From positions 541,276 to 605,275 of the forward strand of contig JADKEK010000001.1 in NCBI GenBank assembly GCA_016718035.1: a stretch of DNA of 64,000 nt. The letters run 5' to 3'. Shown here one piece after another: positions 37,245-48,352 of this stretch. Within the stretch, counting starts at the first letter, position 1, and each line of letters begins with the position of its first letter. This DNA comes from Bacteroidota bacterium (lineage in GTDB: Bacteria > Bacteroidota > Bacteroidia > Chitinophagales > BACL12). The position numbers and the translations under genes are program-made. The notes below the pieces were generated by a model that saw only the letters and a list, made by a program, of their open reading frames with translations, searched no databases and was not told the DNA's origin.

Positions 37245-37347
37245 TTCACCACGAAGTCTCTAAGTTCCGCTAAGTTGCTCAAAGTTTAAATGATTGACTA
37301 TTCATTCTTAGTGCACCTTTGAGCTACTTTGAGCCTTAGTGGTGAAA
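37245..37347. repeat. Phased-pentamer element in the opposite (tail-to-tail) arrangement (copy F)
   Basis: CCA plus CNAAG at 37252, 37260, 37270 and 37280. After a 22-nt spacer, CTTNG at 37307, 37317, 37327 and 37335, then TGGTG. Confidence 0.7.
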
Positions 37348-37367
37348 AAATGATCGAATTATTACTT

Positions 37368-37396
37368 CCCGAAACTTCCCGCCATCCCGTTTTCCC
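37368..37396 (-). other. G-quadruplex-type tract on the sense strand downstream of the methyltransferase gene
   Basis: The plus strand reads CCCgaaacttCCCgccatCCCgttttCCC. On the minus strand this gives four G3 tracts with 5-7 nt loops, about 40 nt after the stop at 37438. Confidence 0.5.
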
Positions 37397-37437
37397 GCCA
37401 AAAAAAACAAACATCTCAATAAAGCCTTCAAAAGAAA

Positions 37438-38034
37438 TTAAGCCTTTTTATGCTTCACCTCATAAATAACCTGCTTCACAATAAATAACACATAACGATA
37501 ATGTACAGACACTAATTCAAGGTCCATAGCTTCAAACGTAGCTTTCCATTCTTTATCGTTTTTATTGGTATGCGGACAAGGAGAGTAAAATAAATTCGCA
37601 AGTGAATCGAGCCAATAGGTTAAATATTGTTGCACCTTGTTGGTATAAATATCCTCCATAATAATCAGTCTGTCGCAAACGCGCCCAGCCTCTTTAATTA
37701 CAGCTTCAGGATTATCAATATGATGCAACACTGTTAATATAATACCGGCTTCAAAATGTCTGTCCGGAAATGGTATCGTTTTGCCATCATAAACAACCGG
37801 TTTTACTGAAGGGTCATATTCCCCTTCATGAATATCAACACAAGTAATGTTCAGACCTTCCTGCTTGAGCAGATGCGCGGCTAAACCATTTCCTGAGCCA
37901 AGGTCTAGAATAGCAGTGTTTTTTTTGAGCAGCGGTATTAGCGGTCTTATCTTTTTTCCGACAAATGGTCTTCCAATTGTATTGAAATACATTTTGCGAA
38001 ACAAGGGGACTTTATGAATGACGTATAATATCAA
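37438..38034 (-). CDS. Class I SAM-dependent methyltransferase
   Basis: Motif I ILDLGSGNG and a post-I acidic residue (VDI). 198 aa. Confidence 0.7.
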   Translation of the reverse strand: MILYVIHKVPLFRKMYFNTIGRPFVGKKIRPLIPLLKKNTAILDLGSGNGLAAHLLKQEGLNITCVDIHEGEYDPSVKPVVYDGKTIPFPDRHFEAGIILTVLHHIDNPEAVIKEAGRVCDRLIIMEDIYTNKVQQYLTYWLDSLANLFYSPCPHTNKNDKEWKATFEAMDLELVSVHYRYVLFIVKQVIYEVKHKKA

Positions 38035-38066
38035 TTACTACCTTTTGTGATTAACAGGCAGCAAAG

Positions 38067-38618
38067 TTATCTTTTTTCAAATATTAATGAAGCAGAATTG
38101 ATACAATATCTTAAACCACCGGGCTGATCGAAGGCATCATCAAATACATGGCCTAAATGGGTGCTGCAACGTGAGCAATGTACTTCCTTGCGCTCATAAC
38201 CAATTTCGTAGTCGATATCGAAGGCTACGTTTTTATCATTGATAGGCTGGTAATAACTCGGCCAACCTGTTCCTGAATCAAATTTATGTTTGGCATCAAA
38301 CAGTGGCATACCACAACCTACACAATAAAAAATACCATCTTCGTGGTTATCATGGAATGCATTGCTGAATGCGCGTTCGGTGCCTGCTTCTCTGGCCACA
38401 TGATATTGCATGGGGGTGAGTTGCTTTTTCCATTCTTCACTCGTTTTTTCCACTTTAGTGCCATCCCAAACATAAGTGGGTGCTTCTAAAGTAATGGCCA
38501 CTTTTGAAGTATCTGAGTCTGTTTGTTGACCTGTTTTAGGTTGAATTGTTTTCGCCTGACCACAGCTAAATATGGCAGGGATTAATATTACTGCAAGTAC
38601 AGCGAATTGTTTTTTCAT
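38067..38618 (-). CDS. msrB: Peptide-methionine (R)-S-oxide reductase MsrB, exported/lipoprotein form
   Basis: CVGCGMPLF and CSRCSTHLGHVF zinc-site pairs, plus the catalytic GLRYCINS motif. I chose the start at 38618 (MKKQFAVLAVILIPAIFSC). Confidence 0.85.
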   Translation of the reverse strand: MKKQFAVLAVILIPAIFSCGQAKTIQPKTGQQTDSDTSKVAITLEAPTYVWDGTKVEKTSEEWKKQLTPMQYHVAREAGTERAFSNAFHDNHEDGIFYCVGCGMPLFDAKHKFDSGTGWPSYYQPINDKNVAFDIDYEIGYERKEVHCSRCSTHLGHVFDDAFDQPGGLRYCINSASLIFEKR

Positions 38619-38729
38619 TGCGTAAATTATTGAGTTGTCAGACATATAAACGTATTTTTTCAACCTTTGGATGTATAACAATTATCACTCAAAATAGTTT
38701 CACAATGAAAATTGCCGCAAATAACAAGT

Positions 38730-40361
<1,632 letters not shown>

Positions 40362-40431
40362 CTAATCAATTTGCGGCTGCAAAGGTAGCAGAAATTAAGG
40401 GAAAAACAGCATAATTTAACGGGTAAATTGC

Positions 40432-41070
40432 CTATTCAGCAAGCAATAAACTGATGTCACGAATTAACTTGCCAACCTCAGCTGTGTCAGTTCCGTCATA
40501 ATACCCTCTGATTCTGCCTTCGCGGTCCACCAATGCAAAATTTTCAGTGTGTACAAAATCATTTGGCCCGCCATCACCTTCCGACGCATCTACCAAATAG
40601 CTGTAGCGCGCCAGGTCGTAGATTTGTTTTTTATCGCCTGTCACAAAATTCCACTTATTTGTATCAATTTTCCGATTATTCGCATATCGTTTCAAAACTG
40701 AAGGTGTATCATGATCCGGATCCACTGTATGCGAAAGAATCATAATGTCAGGATTATTGAGATAAGCTTTGTGCACACGAATCATACCTTCTGTCATCAA
40801 AGGACAAATTCCTAAACAAGTGGTAAAAAAGAAGTCCGCCACGTAAATTTTGCCTTTATATGGCTCCTGGTTGAGCATCACACTATCCTGATTTAGCAAA
40901 TTAAATGTGGAGACAAAATGCGGCTGTCCGTCGCCTTGTTCCGGTCCGAAATAAGGAAGAACCGGTTCTTTATGGGTTTTAAGGGTGTTGTTGTAAACGA
41001 ATCCGATGGCGACTACAACAATAATTCCTACTACGATGGTGCCTATCTGAAAACTATTTAACTTTTTCAT
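40432..41070 (-). CDS. SCO1/SenC family thioredoxin-like copper chaperone
   Basis: N-terminal transmembrane anchor, a CLGICP (CxxxC) motif, and a conserved His region (LSHTVDPDHD). Confidence 0.75.
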   Translation of the reverse strand: MKKLNSFQIGTIVVGIIVVVAIGFVYNNTLKTHKEPVLPYFGPEQGDGQPHFVSTFNLLNQDSVMLNQEPYKGKIYVADFFFTTCLGICPLMTEGMIRVHKAYLNNPDIMILSHTVDPDHDTPSVLKRYANNRKIDTNKWNFVTGDKKQIYDLARYSYLVDASEGDGGPNDFVHTENFALVDREGRIRGYYDGTDTAEVGKLIRDISLLLAE

Positions 41071-41204
41071 ATATGTTGCAAAATTACCGGAGTTTGATGC
41101 GATTATCAAAACCGTTTAAAATAAATTCACACAATTCGATTTGCGTTTGCTCAGCGGCAGCAGTAAGTGTTCGGAAACATATATCTTAGGGCAAAATTTT
41201 AGGC

Positions 41205-42698
41205 ATGACGAAGTCGAACAAACTCACTGCATTTATTTTGGTTGCCATGGCGCTCGGCATTTTAATTGGTGGTATTTTGAATAAAAAAGCTACCGGTAAA
41301 GAATTGGTATATACCCCTTTAGCCGATTCGTTGGGTCGTGATTTTATTACACTGGTTTACGACGACAAATCATTTACCCAGGATGTTTTTATTGTCAAGG
41401 ATGAGAAGGAGAAAAAAATAATGGCCGATAGTCTGGGAAAATCGGTAGCAATTGTTGTTAAAGGAAAATCTGCGGTATTTATTCCGGCATGCATTCAAAC
41501 AGGTAAAGTAACTGATTTAAATTGTGAAATCGAACCAAGTGGAAAAGGTGTTGTCGAAAAAAATCTCATTAAAAAAATTGCCGCAAACGTTTCAGTACTT
41601 ACTACCATATTTTTATTATTGATTAAAATGATAATTGCACCATTGGTATTATCTACATTAATTGTGGGTATTGCAAAAATGGGCGATACAAAAACACTGG
41701 GAAGAGTAGGGGGGAAAACAATGTTGTGGTTTATCACTGCGAGTTTAGTATCACTTGTTTTAGGGATGTTATTAGTAAATGCATTTGAACCGGGCGCACA
41801 CATGAATTTGACCTTACCTGCAGAAAATGCAAAAACAGGTGTTGAAGGTACAGCAATCACTTTTGTTTCATTTATTACACATGTTTTTCCTTCCAGCATT
41901 TTTAAAGCAATGGCGGAAAATGAAATTTTACAAATAGTTGTGTTCAGTATATTTTTTGGTGTAGCTGCCGCAGCAATTGGTGAAAAAGCAATGCCATTGG
42001 TTAAAGCATTAGATACGCTTTCACATATCATGATTAAAATTACTATTTATGTGATGGGTTTTGCTCCGTATGCTGTTTTTGCTGCTATGTGTGCGGTTAT
42101 TACCACAAAAGGATTATCAGTGCTTTCTACCTATGCTATTTTTATGGGCGAATTTTATTTTGGTCTATTTATTTTATGGGTTATTTTAATTAGTGCAGGT
42201 TTTGCTGTATTGCGTAAACGCGTATTTACTTTATTGAGGAGAATTAAAGAACCATTTTTATTGGCATTTAGTACAGCCAGCAGCGAAGCCGCATTCCCGA
42301 AATTAATTACCGAATTGGAACGATTTGGCTGCAATAATAAAATTGTAAGTTTTACTTTACCACTCGGCTACTCATTTAATTTAGATGGTAGTATGATGTA
42401 TATGACATTTGCGTCCATTTTTATTGCGCAGTGTTACGGAATAGATTTAACTATAACGCAGGAAATAACTATGCTACTCACTTTAATGATTACATCTAAA
42501 GGTATAGCTGCAGTTCCAAGAGCGAGTTTGGTTGTTATCGCCGGCACAATAAGTATGTTTAATATTCCACAAGCCGGTTTAGTTTTATTATTAGGTATCG
42601 ACACTTTCCTCGATATGGGTAGAAGCGCAACTAACGTAATTGGTAATGCTATTGCAACTGCTGCAGTGAGTAAGTGGGAAGGGGCTTTGGAGGACTAA
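41205..42698 (+). CDS. Dicarboxylate/amino acid:cation symporter (DAACS/GltP family) with a long loop between TM1 and TM2
   Basis: Family blocks LIKMIIAPLVLSTLIVGIA, SSEAAFP and TSKGIAAVPRASLV. About 85 extra residues sit between the first two hydrophobic segments compared with E. coli GltP as I recall it. Confidence 0.8.
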   Translation: MTKSNKLTAFILVAMALGILIGGILNKKATGKELVYTPLADSLGRDFITLVYDDKSFTQDVFIVKDEKEKKIMADSLGKSVAIVVKGKSAVFIPACIQTGKVTDLNCEIEPSGKGVVEKNLIKKIAANVSVLTTIFLLLIKMIIAPLVLSTLIVGIAKMGDTKTLGRVGGKTMLWFITASLVSLVLGMLLVNAFEPGAHMNLTLPAENAKTGVEGTAITFVSFITHVFPSSIFKAMAENEILQIVVFSIFFGVAAAAIGEKAMPLVKALDTLSHIMIKITIYVMGFAPYAVFAAMCAVITTKGLSVLSTYAIFMGEFYFGLFILWVILISAGFAVLRKRVFTLLRRIKEPFLLAFSTASSEAAFPKLITELERFGCNNKIVSFTLPLGYSFNLDGSMMYMTFASIFIAQCYGIDLTITQEITMLLTLMITSKGIAAVPRASLVVIAGTISMFNIPQAGLVLLLGIDTFLDMGRSATNVIGNAIATAAVSKWEGALED

Positions 42699-42808
42699 TG
42701 TGCTGATGGGGATGTGCTGATGTGCTAATTAATGTACCAATGTGTGAATGTACCGATGTACCAATTTGGGGAATGTACCAATGTGAGAATGTACCGATGT
42801 ACCAATTG
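42698..42808 (+). repeat. Degenerate 8-bp-period array (ATGTGCTG / ATGTACCA words) starting inside the symporter stop codon
   Basis: TAATGTGCTGATGGGGATGTGCTGATGTGCTAATTAATGTACCAATGTGTGAATGTACCGATGTACCAAT... It matches the module after the dnaG stop in blocks of 13, 15, 17 and 19 identical nt. Confidence 0.8.
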
Positions 42809-42906
42809 GATGATGCAGTAAGCATCTAATTTTAAAACCAAGGATGCGCTAAGCATCCGCAAAAGTGGAAATGATAGCACGAAACTAGCAAGGTAGTGGA
42901 AACCCC

Positions 42907-42944
42907 ATTTGCTAATTTGCTAATCAGCTAATTTGCTAATTTCC
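42907..42944 (+). repeat. Short 8-bp-period array (ATTTGCTA words)
   Basis: atttgcta atttgcta atcagcta atttgcta atttcc. Confidence 0.6.
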
Positions 42945-43031
42945 GCCGGTTTCCTAAAAATGCCGGAGCGTTCAGTTAATTTTGGCCAAGAATTTTTTGG
43001 TTAGGTATTCACTCAAACAGTTTTACTCAAA

Positions 43032-44318
43032 ATGTCATTTAATAAATCACAAGCCTCAATGACCTTTATATTTATCACTTTGCTGATAGATGTAATTGGT
43101 TTTGGTATCATTATTCCTGTGTTGCCGAGTTTAATTAAAGAATTACACGGTGGAGATTTTAGTGAGGCTGCGCGAATTGGTGGTTGGCTATTGTTTGCAT
43201 TTGCAATCATGCAATTTATTTTTTCTCCGATTTTAGGGAATTTAAGTGACAGGTATGGACGCAGACCGGTATTGTTATTGGCATTATTTGGTTTTGGCTG
43301 TGATTATTTAATCATGGCATTTGCACCGGATTTAATTTGGTTGTTTGTCGGACGAATTCTTGCAGGTATTACCGGTGCGAGTTTTTCAACTGCAAGCGCA
43401 TATATAGCAGATGTTTCTCCTCCAGAAAAAAGAGCGCAAAATTTCGGATTAATAGGTGCTGCATTTGGAATGGGATTTATTATTGGTCCCGCAGTTGGAG
43501 GTTTGCTTGGTGAGTTAGGTTCACGAGTACCATTTTTTGCTGCAGCGGGATTATCGTTTGTCAATTGGCTGTACGGATTTTTTGTATTACCTGAATCATT
43601 ACCTAAAGAAAAACGCAGACCATTTGAATGGAAGCGAGCAAATCCTATTGGCTCTTTGTTGGCATTAAAAAAATATCCGCTGACTTATGGATTAATTGCC
43701 TCTTTAGTTTGTATTTATATTGCTTCGCATGCGGTTCAAAGTAATTGGAGTTATTTTACCATGGGCACATTAGGATGGAGCGAAAAAGCAGTCGGATTGT
43801 CGCTTGCTTTTGTGGGATTATTAGTAGGAATAGTGCAAGGTGGATTAATTCGTATTACTATTCCCAGATTTGGGCAAAAAAACTCTTTGTATTACGGTTT
43901 AGCCTTATATACCATCGGATTATTTTTAATGGGCATTGCCAGCCAAAGCTGGATGATGTATGTATTCTTAATTCCATATTGTTTAGGCGGTATAGGTATG
44001 CCGGCTTTGCAGGGAATTATTTCTTCACAAGTGCCTAGTAATGAACAAGGGGAGTTGCAAGGGGCAATGACAGGTTTGATGAGTTTAACATCTATTGTTG
44101 GGCCCCCATTAATGACAAATACCTATGCGTATTTTACAGCAGATAGTGCACCTGTACATTTTGCAGGCGCTGCATTTATTTTAGGTGCTGCATTTATGCT
44201 GGTAAGTTTATTTTTAGCTCGAAATACCCTCAAACACCAAGACATTCCCAATCATGTAAAAGCAGAGGTAGAACCAGTTATTCAAAATATTCGTGATAAC
44301 GACCCAAGTAATCTGTAA
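43032..44318 (+). CDS. MFS transporter, TCR/Tet (DHA1) family
   Basis: About 12 transmembrane segments, with motif A-like [14 protein letters not shown] and motif C-like GPAVGGLLG. Confidence 0.8.
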   Translation: MSFNKSQASMTFIFITLLIDVIGFGIIIPVLPSLIKELHGGDFSEAARIGGWLLFAFAIMQFIFSPILGNLSDRYGRRPVLLLALFGFGCDYLIMAFAPDLIWLFVGRILAGITGASFSTASAYIADVSPPEKRAQNFGLIGAAFGMGFIIGPAVGGLLGELGSRVPFFAAAGLSFVNWLYGFFVLPESLPKEKRRPFEWKRANPIGSLLALKKYPLTYGLIASLVCIYIASHAVQSNWSYFTMGTLGWSEKAVGLSLAFVGLLVGIVQGGLIRITIPRFGQKNSLYYGLALYTIGLFLMGIASQSWMMYVFLIPYCLGGIGMPALQGIISSQVPSNEQGELQGAMTGLMSLTSIVGPPLMTNTYAYFTADSAPVHFAGAAFILGAAFMLVSLFLARNTLKHQDIPNHVKAEVEPVIQNIRDNDPSNL

Positions 44319-44724
44319 GTTTCACGTATTGGGCTTCGCAGGTTGCTTGTCCTCCTAATTGCATAGGAACTATAATCTCATGTATAGGGAATAAGTAACT
44401 GTGAATCATTTCATGGGCAGGACCCATATCTACACAATAATTAATGATATACAGGTAATCGCTCATTAACGAATCACCCAAAACATGGTATGCGGTTGTA
44501 TCAGCAGGTGTTTCAAAAGATTGTATCTGCCTGAGCATCATATCAATACCTTCGGTAGTCTCCTTATTAGCAGGCCATTTTTGTCCGTTGTTGAGATATA
44601 AAGCTGTTCCACGGCACAAGATGTATTTATTATGTGGAGCCTGTTGGTTAAACGTTTCCTCCGCTTGCTGACAAGCAACAAACAGTAAACTGCTCAGCAA
44701 TAGTATGAATCCAACAGCTTTCAT
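44278..44724 (-). CDS. Hypothetical lipoprotein
   Basis: I chose the start at 44724 ([18 protein letters not shown]). It is convergent with the MFS gene and overlaps its 3-prime end by about 40 nt. I recognise no family. Confidence 0.45.
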   Translation of the reverse strand: MKAVGFILLLSSLLFVACQQAEETFNQQAPHNKYILCRGTALYLNNGQKWPANKETTEGIDMMLRQIQSFETPADTTAYHVLGDSLMSDYLYIINYCVDMGPAHEMIHSYLFPIHEIIVPMQLGGQATCEAQYVKLTDYLGRYHEYFE

Positions 44725-44849
44725 AATCCGGAATAAAGGTAACATGTTTACATTACCCCATTGATGACTTGGATTGCCATTTACGGTATTTTTACAGTAA
44801 TCTACTTGAACAATAGGATATTGTTTTTGTTATAGAAAAAACTCAACAA

Positions 44850-45797
44850 ATGGACAACAACTCACTACTCTGGTTAGGTTTCAACCTTTTTGTATTACTT
44901 ATGCTAGCGCTCGATTTGGGTGTTTTTCACCGAAAGAGCCATGTGGTTGGCATAAAAGAAGCGCTCACATGGAGTGCAGTTTGGATTTTTTTGGCATTAG
45001 TTTTTAATGCACTCATATATTTCGGCATAGTTGGGGATTATGCCACTAAAGAAATTCAGCAGCAAAAAGGGTTGGAATTTTTAACCGGATATTTAATTGA
45101 AAAATCGCTCAGTATTGACAATATTTTTGTGTTTTTACTAATATTTACATTTTTCAAAGTGCCGGATATTTATCAGCACAAAGTATTGTTTTGGGGAATT
45201 TTAGGTGCATTAATTATGCGTGCTATTTTCATTTTTGCCGGTGTCGCATTGATAGAAAAATTTCATTGGATTATTTATGTATTCGGTATCTTCTTAATTA
45301 TTACCGGTATTAATATGGTTCGGAATAAGGATAAAAAATTAGACCCTGAAAAAAGTATCATTATCCGAATGTTCAGGAAAATATTTCCAGTGCATAACGA
45401 CTATGCCGGAAGCAGTTTTTTTATTACCAAAAATGGTAAAAAACATGCAACCTTGTTATTTGTTGTGTTGTTATTTATCGAATTTACTGACCTGATATTT
45501 GCTGTAGACAGTATACCGGCAATTCTGGCCATTACGCCTGACCCATTTATTGTTTACACCTCCAATGTGTTTGCGATATTAGGTTTACGCAGTTTATATT
45601 TTGCTTTGTCAGGCATTATGCATCGATTTAAATACCTGATTTATGGATTAGCTGCTGTATTAATTTTTGTTGGTATAAAAATGTGTCTGGTAGATGTATA
45701 CAAAATGCCAATTGGGATTTCACTTGGTGTAATTGCTCTCGTGTTAACTATTTCAATTGTGTACAGTATGTATCGCACCAAAAATACAGACCACTAA
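44850..45797 (+). CDS. TerC/Alx family membrane protein
   Basis: 315 aa, multi-pass, with TerC blocks EKSLSIDNIFVF and EFTDLIFAVDSIPAI. Confidence 0.8.
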   Translation: MDNNSLLWLGFNLFVLLMLALDLGVFHRKSHVVGIKEALTWSAVWIFLALVFNALIYFGIVGDYATKEIQQQKGLEFLTGYLIEKSLSIDNIFVFLLIFTFFKVPDIYQHKVLFWGILGALIMRAIFIFAGVALIEKFHWIIYVFGIFLIITGINMVRNKDKKLDPEKSIIIRMFRKIFPVHNDYAGSSFFITKNGKKHATLLFVVLLFIEFTDLIFAVDSIPAILAITPDPFIVYTSNVFAILGLRSLYFALSGIMHRFKYLIYGLAAVLIFVGIKMCLVDVYKMPIGISLGVIALVLTISIVYSMYRTKNTDH

Positions 45798-47005
45798 ATT
45801 TTTTCGGTTGCAGTTTGTTTTTGCGCAATGGAATGAAATCCAAATGCAGTCAGCAAACAAAAAACACCCATAATCCACCACAATGTGGTGTAATTAAAGT
45901 TTTCGATTATTTGTGTGCTGCTATATGGTGAAATAATAAAGGCTAATGCCCAGGCGATGGTATACGCTGCAAGGTAGCTGCCACGTGTTTGTGGAGTGGC
46001 ACTTTTTACAACGCGTGAAATCATAAATGGCATGGCAAATATTTCAGAAAAACTAAGCAGCAACATGGCAATTAATAAGATAATGGTGCCGTGAAATATA
46101 TTAAATATCAGAAACGACAAACCTAACATCACACAACCAACAACTATCATGGCATTTGGCCGGAAACGTTTGTCCAATTGTGAAACGGTAATCATTTCGA
46201 AAATAAATACGATTAGTCCATTAAATCCGATTAATAAACCGATTGCTGCTTCGGGTTTAAAATATACATCTTTATAATAAAGTGGTATGCCGCTGAATAT
46301 TTGAAAAAAGGCAGCAGCATAAAAAAAACAGAACAACATAAACAGCATAAATTTTCCATCGCGATAAGGGGAAGTTTGTGCTGTTGTTGCGTGTTTTTTC
46401 TCTGTATGGATTTGTGGTTGTTTTTCTTTGAAGTAATAATAAAAAACGATACCCGCTACAATACATGTTGCGCCATCTCCAATAAATAACCACATATAAT
46501 TGATACCTGCTAATAAACCTGCAATGGCAGGGCCTATCGCCACACCGAGATTGATGGCCATACGCATTAATGAAAACGAACGCGTGGTAGTTGCTTCCGT
46601 AGCAAAATGGGAAGTCATAGATGATGCTGCCGGTCGCAAACTATCGTTAATTAACCCGCAAATAAATACACCAATTGCCAATGGATAAAAACCATGCAGA
46701 AAAGGAATAAATAAATAACTCATTCCACCAATGGTTAAACTCAGGAATTGTACTTTAAATGGCCCAAATTTGTCTGTCCATCTACCACCTAAATAAGAAC
46801 CTGCTAAACTACCTATACCAAAAATACTCATGATAATCCCGGCTTCAGTTTTTGTATATCCTAAAGCACTGGTCATGTACACGGTCATAAAAGGCAATAC
46901 CATACTTCCGGTCCGATTGATCAACTGAATAGTTGCCAATATCCACACTGGTTTTGTAATGCCGTGATAAGCTTCTTTGTATGTCCTGAAAAATTGAGCT
47001 AGCAC
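45794..47005 (-). CDS. MFS transporter
   Basis: Twelve-TM-like profile. The long ORF (to 47113) would overlap ubiX by 47 nt, so I prefer the in-frame GTG at 47005 (MLAQFFRTYKE...). The start remains uncertain. Confidence 0.7.
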   Translation of the reverse strand: MLAQFFRTYKEAYHGITKPVWILATIQLINRTGSMVLPFMTVYMTSALGYTKTEAGIIMSIFGIGSLAGSYLGGRWTDKFGPFKVQFLSLTIGGMSYLFIPFLHGFYPLAIGVFICGLINDSLRPAASSMTSHFATEATTTRSFSLMRMAINLGVAIGPAIAGLLAGINYMWLFIGDGATCIVAGIVFYYYFKEKQPQIHTEKKHATTAQTSPYRDGKFMLFMLFCFFYAAAFFQIFSGIPLYYKDVYFKPEAAIGLLIGFNGLIVFIFEMITVSQLDKRFRPNAMIVVGCVMLGLSFLIFNIFHGTIILLIAMLLLSFSEIFAMPFMISRVVKSATPQTRGSYLAAYTIAWALAFIISPYSSTQIIENFNYTTLWWIMGVFCLLTAFGFHSIAQKQTATEKI

Positions 47006-47066
47006 ATCACGAAGATACGAGATGCATTTTTTCAGAAAAATAAACGCTGTGTTTAGTGGCAGGAAA

Positions 47067-47636
47067 TTATTTGTTTTCGCTCCAGCGATATCCACCCACA
47101 TCAAACCCTGCAAGGTCCATTACCCGATTTATGACGGTTTCGGCCAGTTGTTCAAAAGTTTCCGGTTTGCTGTAAAAAGAAGGAGTGGCAGGACAAATAA
47201 TACCTCCAGCCAGCGTAATTGTTTCCATATTTTTGATATGAATCAGGTTGTAGGGTGTTTCACGGGCTACTAAAATCAGTTTTCTTCTTTCTTTTAACAT
47301 CACATCAGCAGCACGGGTAATCAGGTCGTTGGAAATGCCTGTTGCAATGCGGCCAAGGGTTCCCATTGAGCATGGACAGATAATCATGGTGTCATATTTG
47401 GCAGACCCAGACGCAAAGGGAGCCATAAAATCATTTTTATCGAAAACCTGGTAGGGATATTGGGTGTAGTTGTCGTTGTCAAGTTCGTATTTCCAAACAT
47501 CTCTCGCATTATCGCTCATTACTACCCCAACGGTAATATTATTTTGGTCGAGCTGACTTATTTTATCCAACAACACTTTCGCATATATAGCACCACTGGC
47601 GCCGGTTACAGCTACAACAATTTTCCGTTTCAACAT
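47067..47636 (-). CDS. ubiX: UbiX family flavin prenyltransferase
   Basis: 189 aa with VAVTGASGAIYA, PCSMGTLG.IA.G and L.ERRKL.L..RETP blocks. Confidence 0.9.
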   Translation of the reverse strand: MLKRKIVVAVTGASGAIYAKVLLDKISQLDQNNITVGVVMSDNARDVWKYELDNDNYTQYPYQVFDKNDFMAPFASGSAKYDTMIICPCSMGTLGRIATGISNDLITRAADVMLKERRKLILVARETPYNLIHIKNMETITLAGGIICPATPSFYSKPETFEQLAETVINRVMDLAGFDVGGYRWSENK

Positions 47637-47718
47637 GTTAATAGTTATTAATAGATTGCAAGTTAACCAGTTTGGAATTATTTTTGTTTAGTTAAAGTTT
47701 AAGAAAGAAATCATACCT

Positions 47719-48348
47719 ATGCAGAAGAAGTACGTATATATCCTCGTTTTTGTTGCTCTTGTAGCCGGAGCAATTGCAGCCGTAAAGCCGGTTCTCAATG
47801 CAAATACACCGGCTGAAAAGTCACAATTAATTGATAATGAATTAGTTGCAGACCAAGATTCCACACTTACACCATTTAAATGGTATACGGTAAACGAGGC
47901 TTTGACATTACAGGCTCAAACAGGTAAAAAAATGTTTATCGACGTATATACTACTTGGTGTGGACCGTGTAAAATGCTGGATGCCAATACATTCTCCAAT
48001 ACCGAAATAAAAAAGTTACTTTCCGAATACTATATCCCGACAAAATTTAATGCCGAAAGTGGTGATACCATTATTTTTAAAGGTCAAACCTTTATCAATA
48101 AAAACTACACCACAGTTCCACGAAAAAGCACACATGATTTTGCGATTTATATTGCTTCTACTCAGCAAGGTTTAGGTTATCCTACAATGGTGTTTTTAGA
48201 TGAACAACAAAATCTGATTCAACCAATTTCAGGTTATTTAGTGCCTGAACGATTAGAGCCAATTTTAGCCTATTTTGGTTCGAATGCCTATAAGGATACC
48301 GATTGGGATACTTATTACAAAAATTTTAAATCTAACATTTCACAATAA
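47719..48348 (+). CDS. Thioredoxin-fold protein (exported)
   Basis: Signal peptide or anchor, plus a WCGPCK active-site motif. Confidence 0.7.
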   Translation: MQKKYVYILVFVALVAGAIAAVKPVLNANTPAEKSQLIDNELVADQDSTLTPFKWYTVNEALTLQAQTGKKMFIDVYTTWCGPCKMLDANTFSNTEIKKLLSEYYIPTKFNAESGDTIIFKGQTFINKNYTTVPRKSTHDFAIYIASTQQGLGYPTMVFLDEQQNLIQPISGYLVPERLEPILAYFGSNAYKDTDWDTYYKNFKSNISQ

Positions 48349-48352
48349 CTCC

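Noticed and set aside
41495-42031. Long antisense ORFs inside membrane-protein genes (also 35522-35836, 35900-36157, 43304-43564, 61448-61774, 62075-62371, 30119-30412, 63308-63622)
   Set aside because: These are mirror-frame ORFs opposite hydrophobic coding regions. They overlap well-supported genes completely, and their products are low-complexity.
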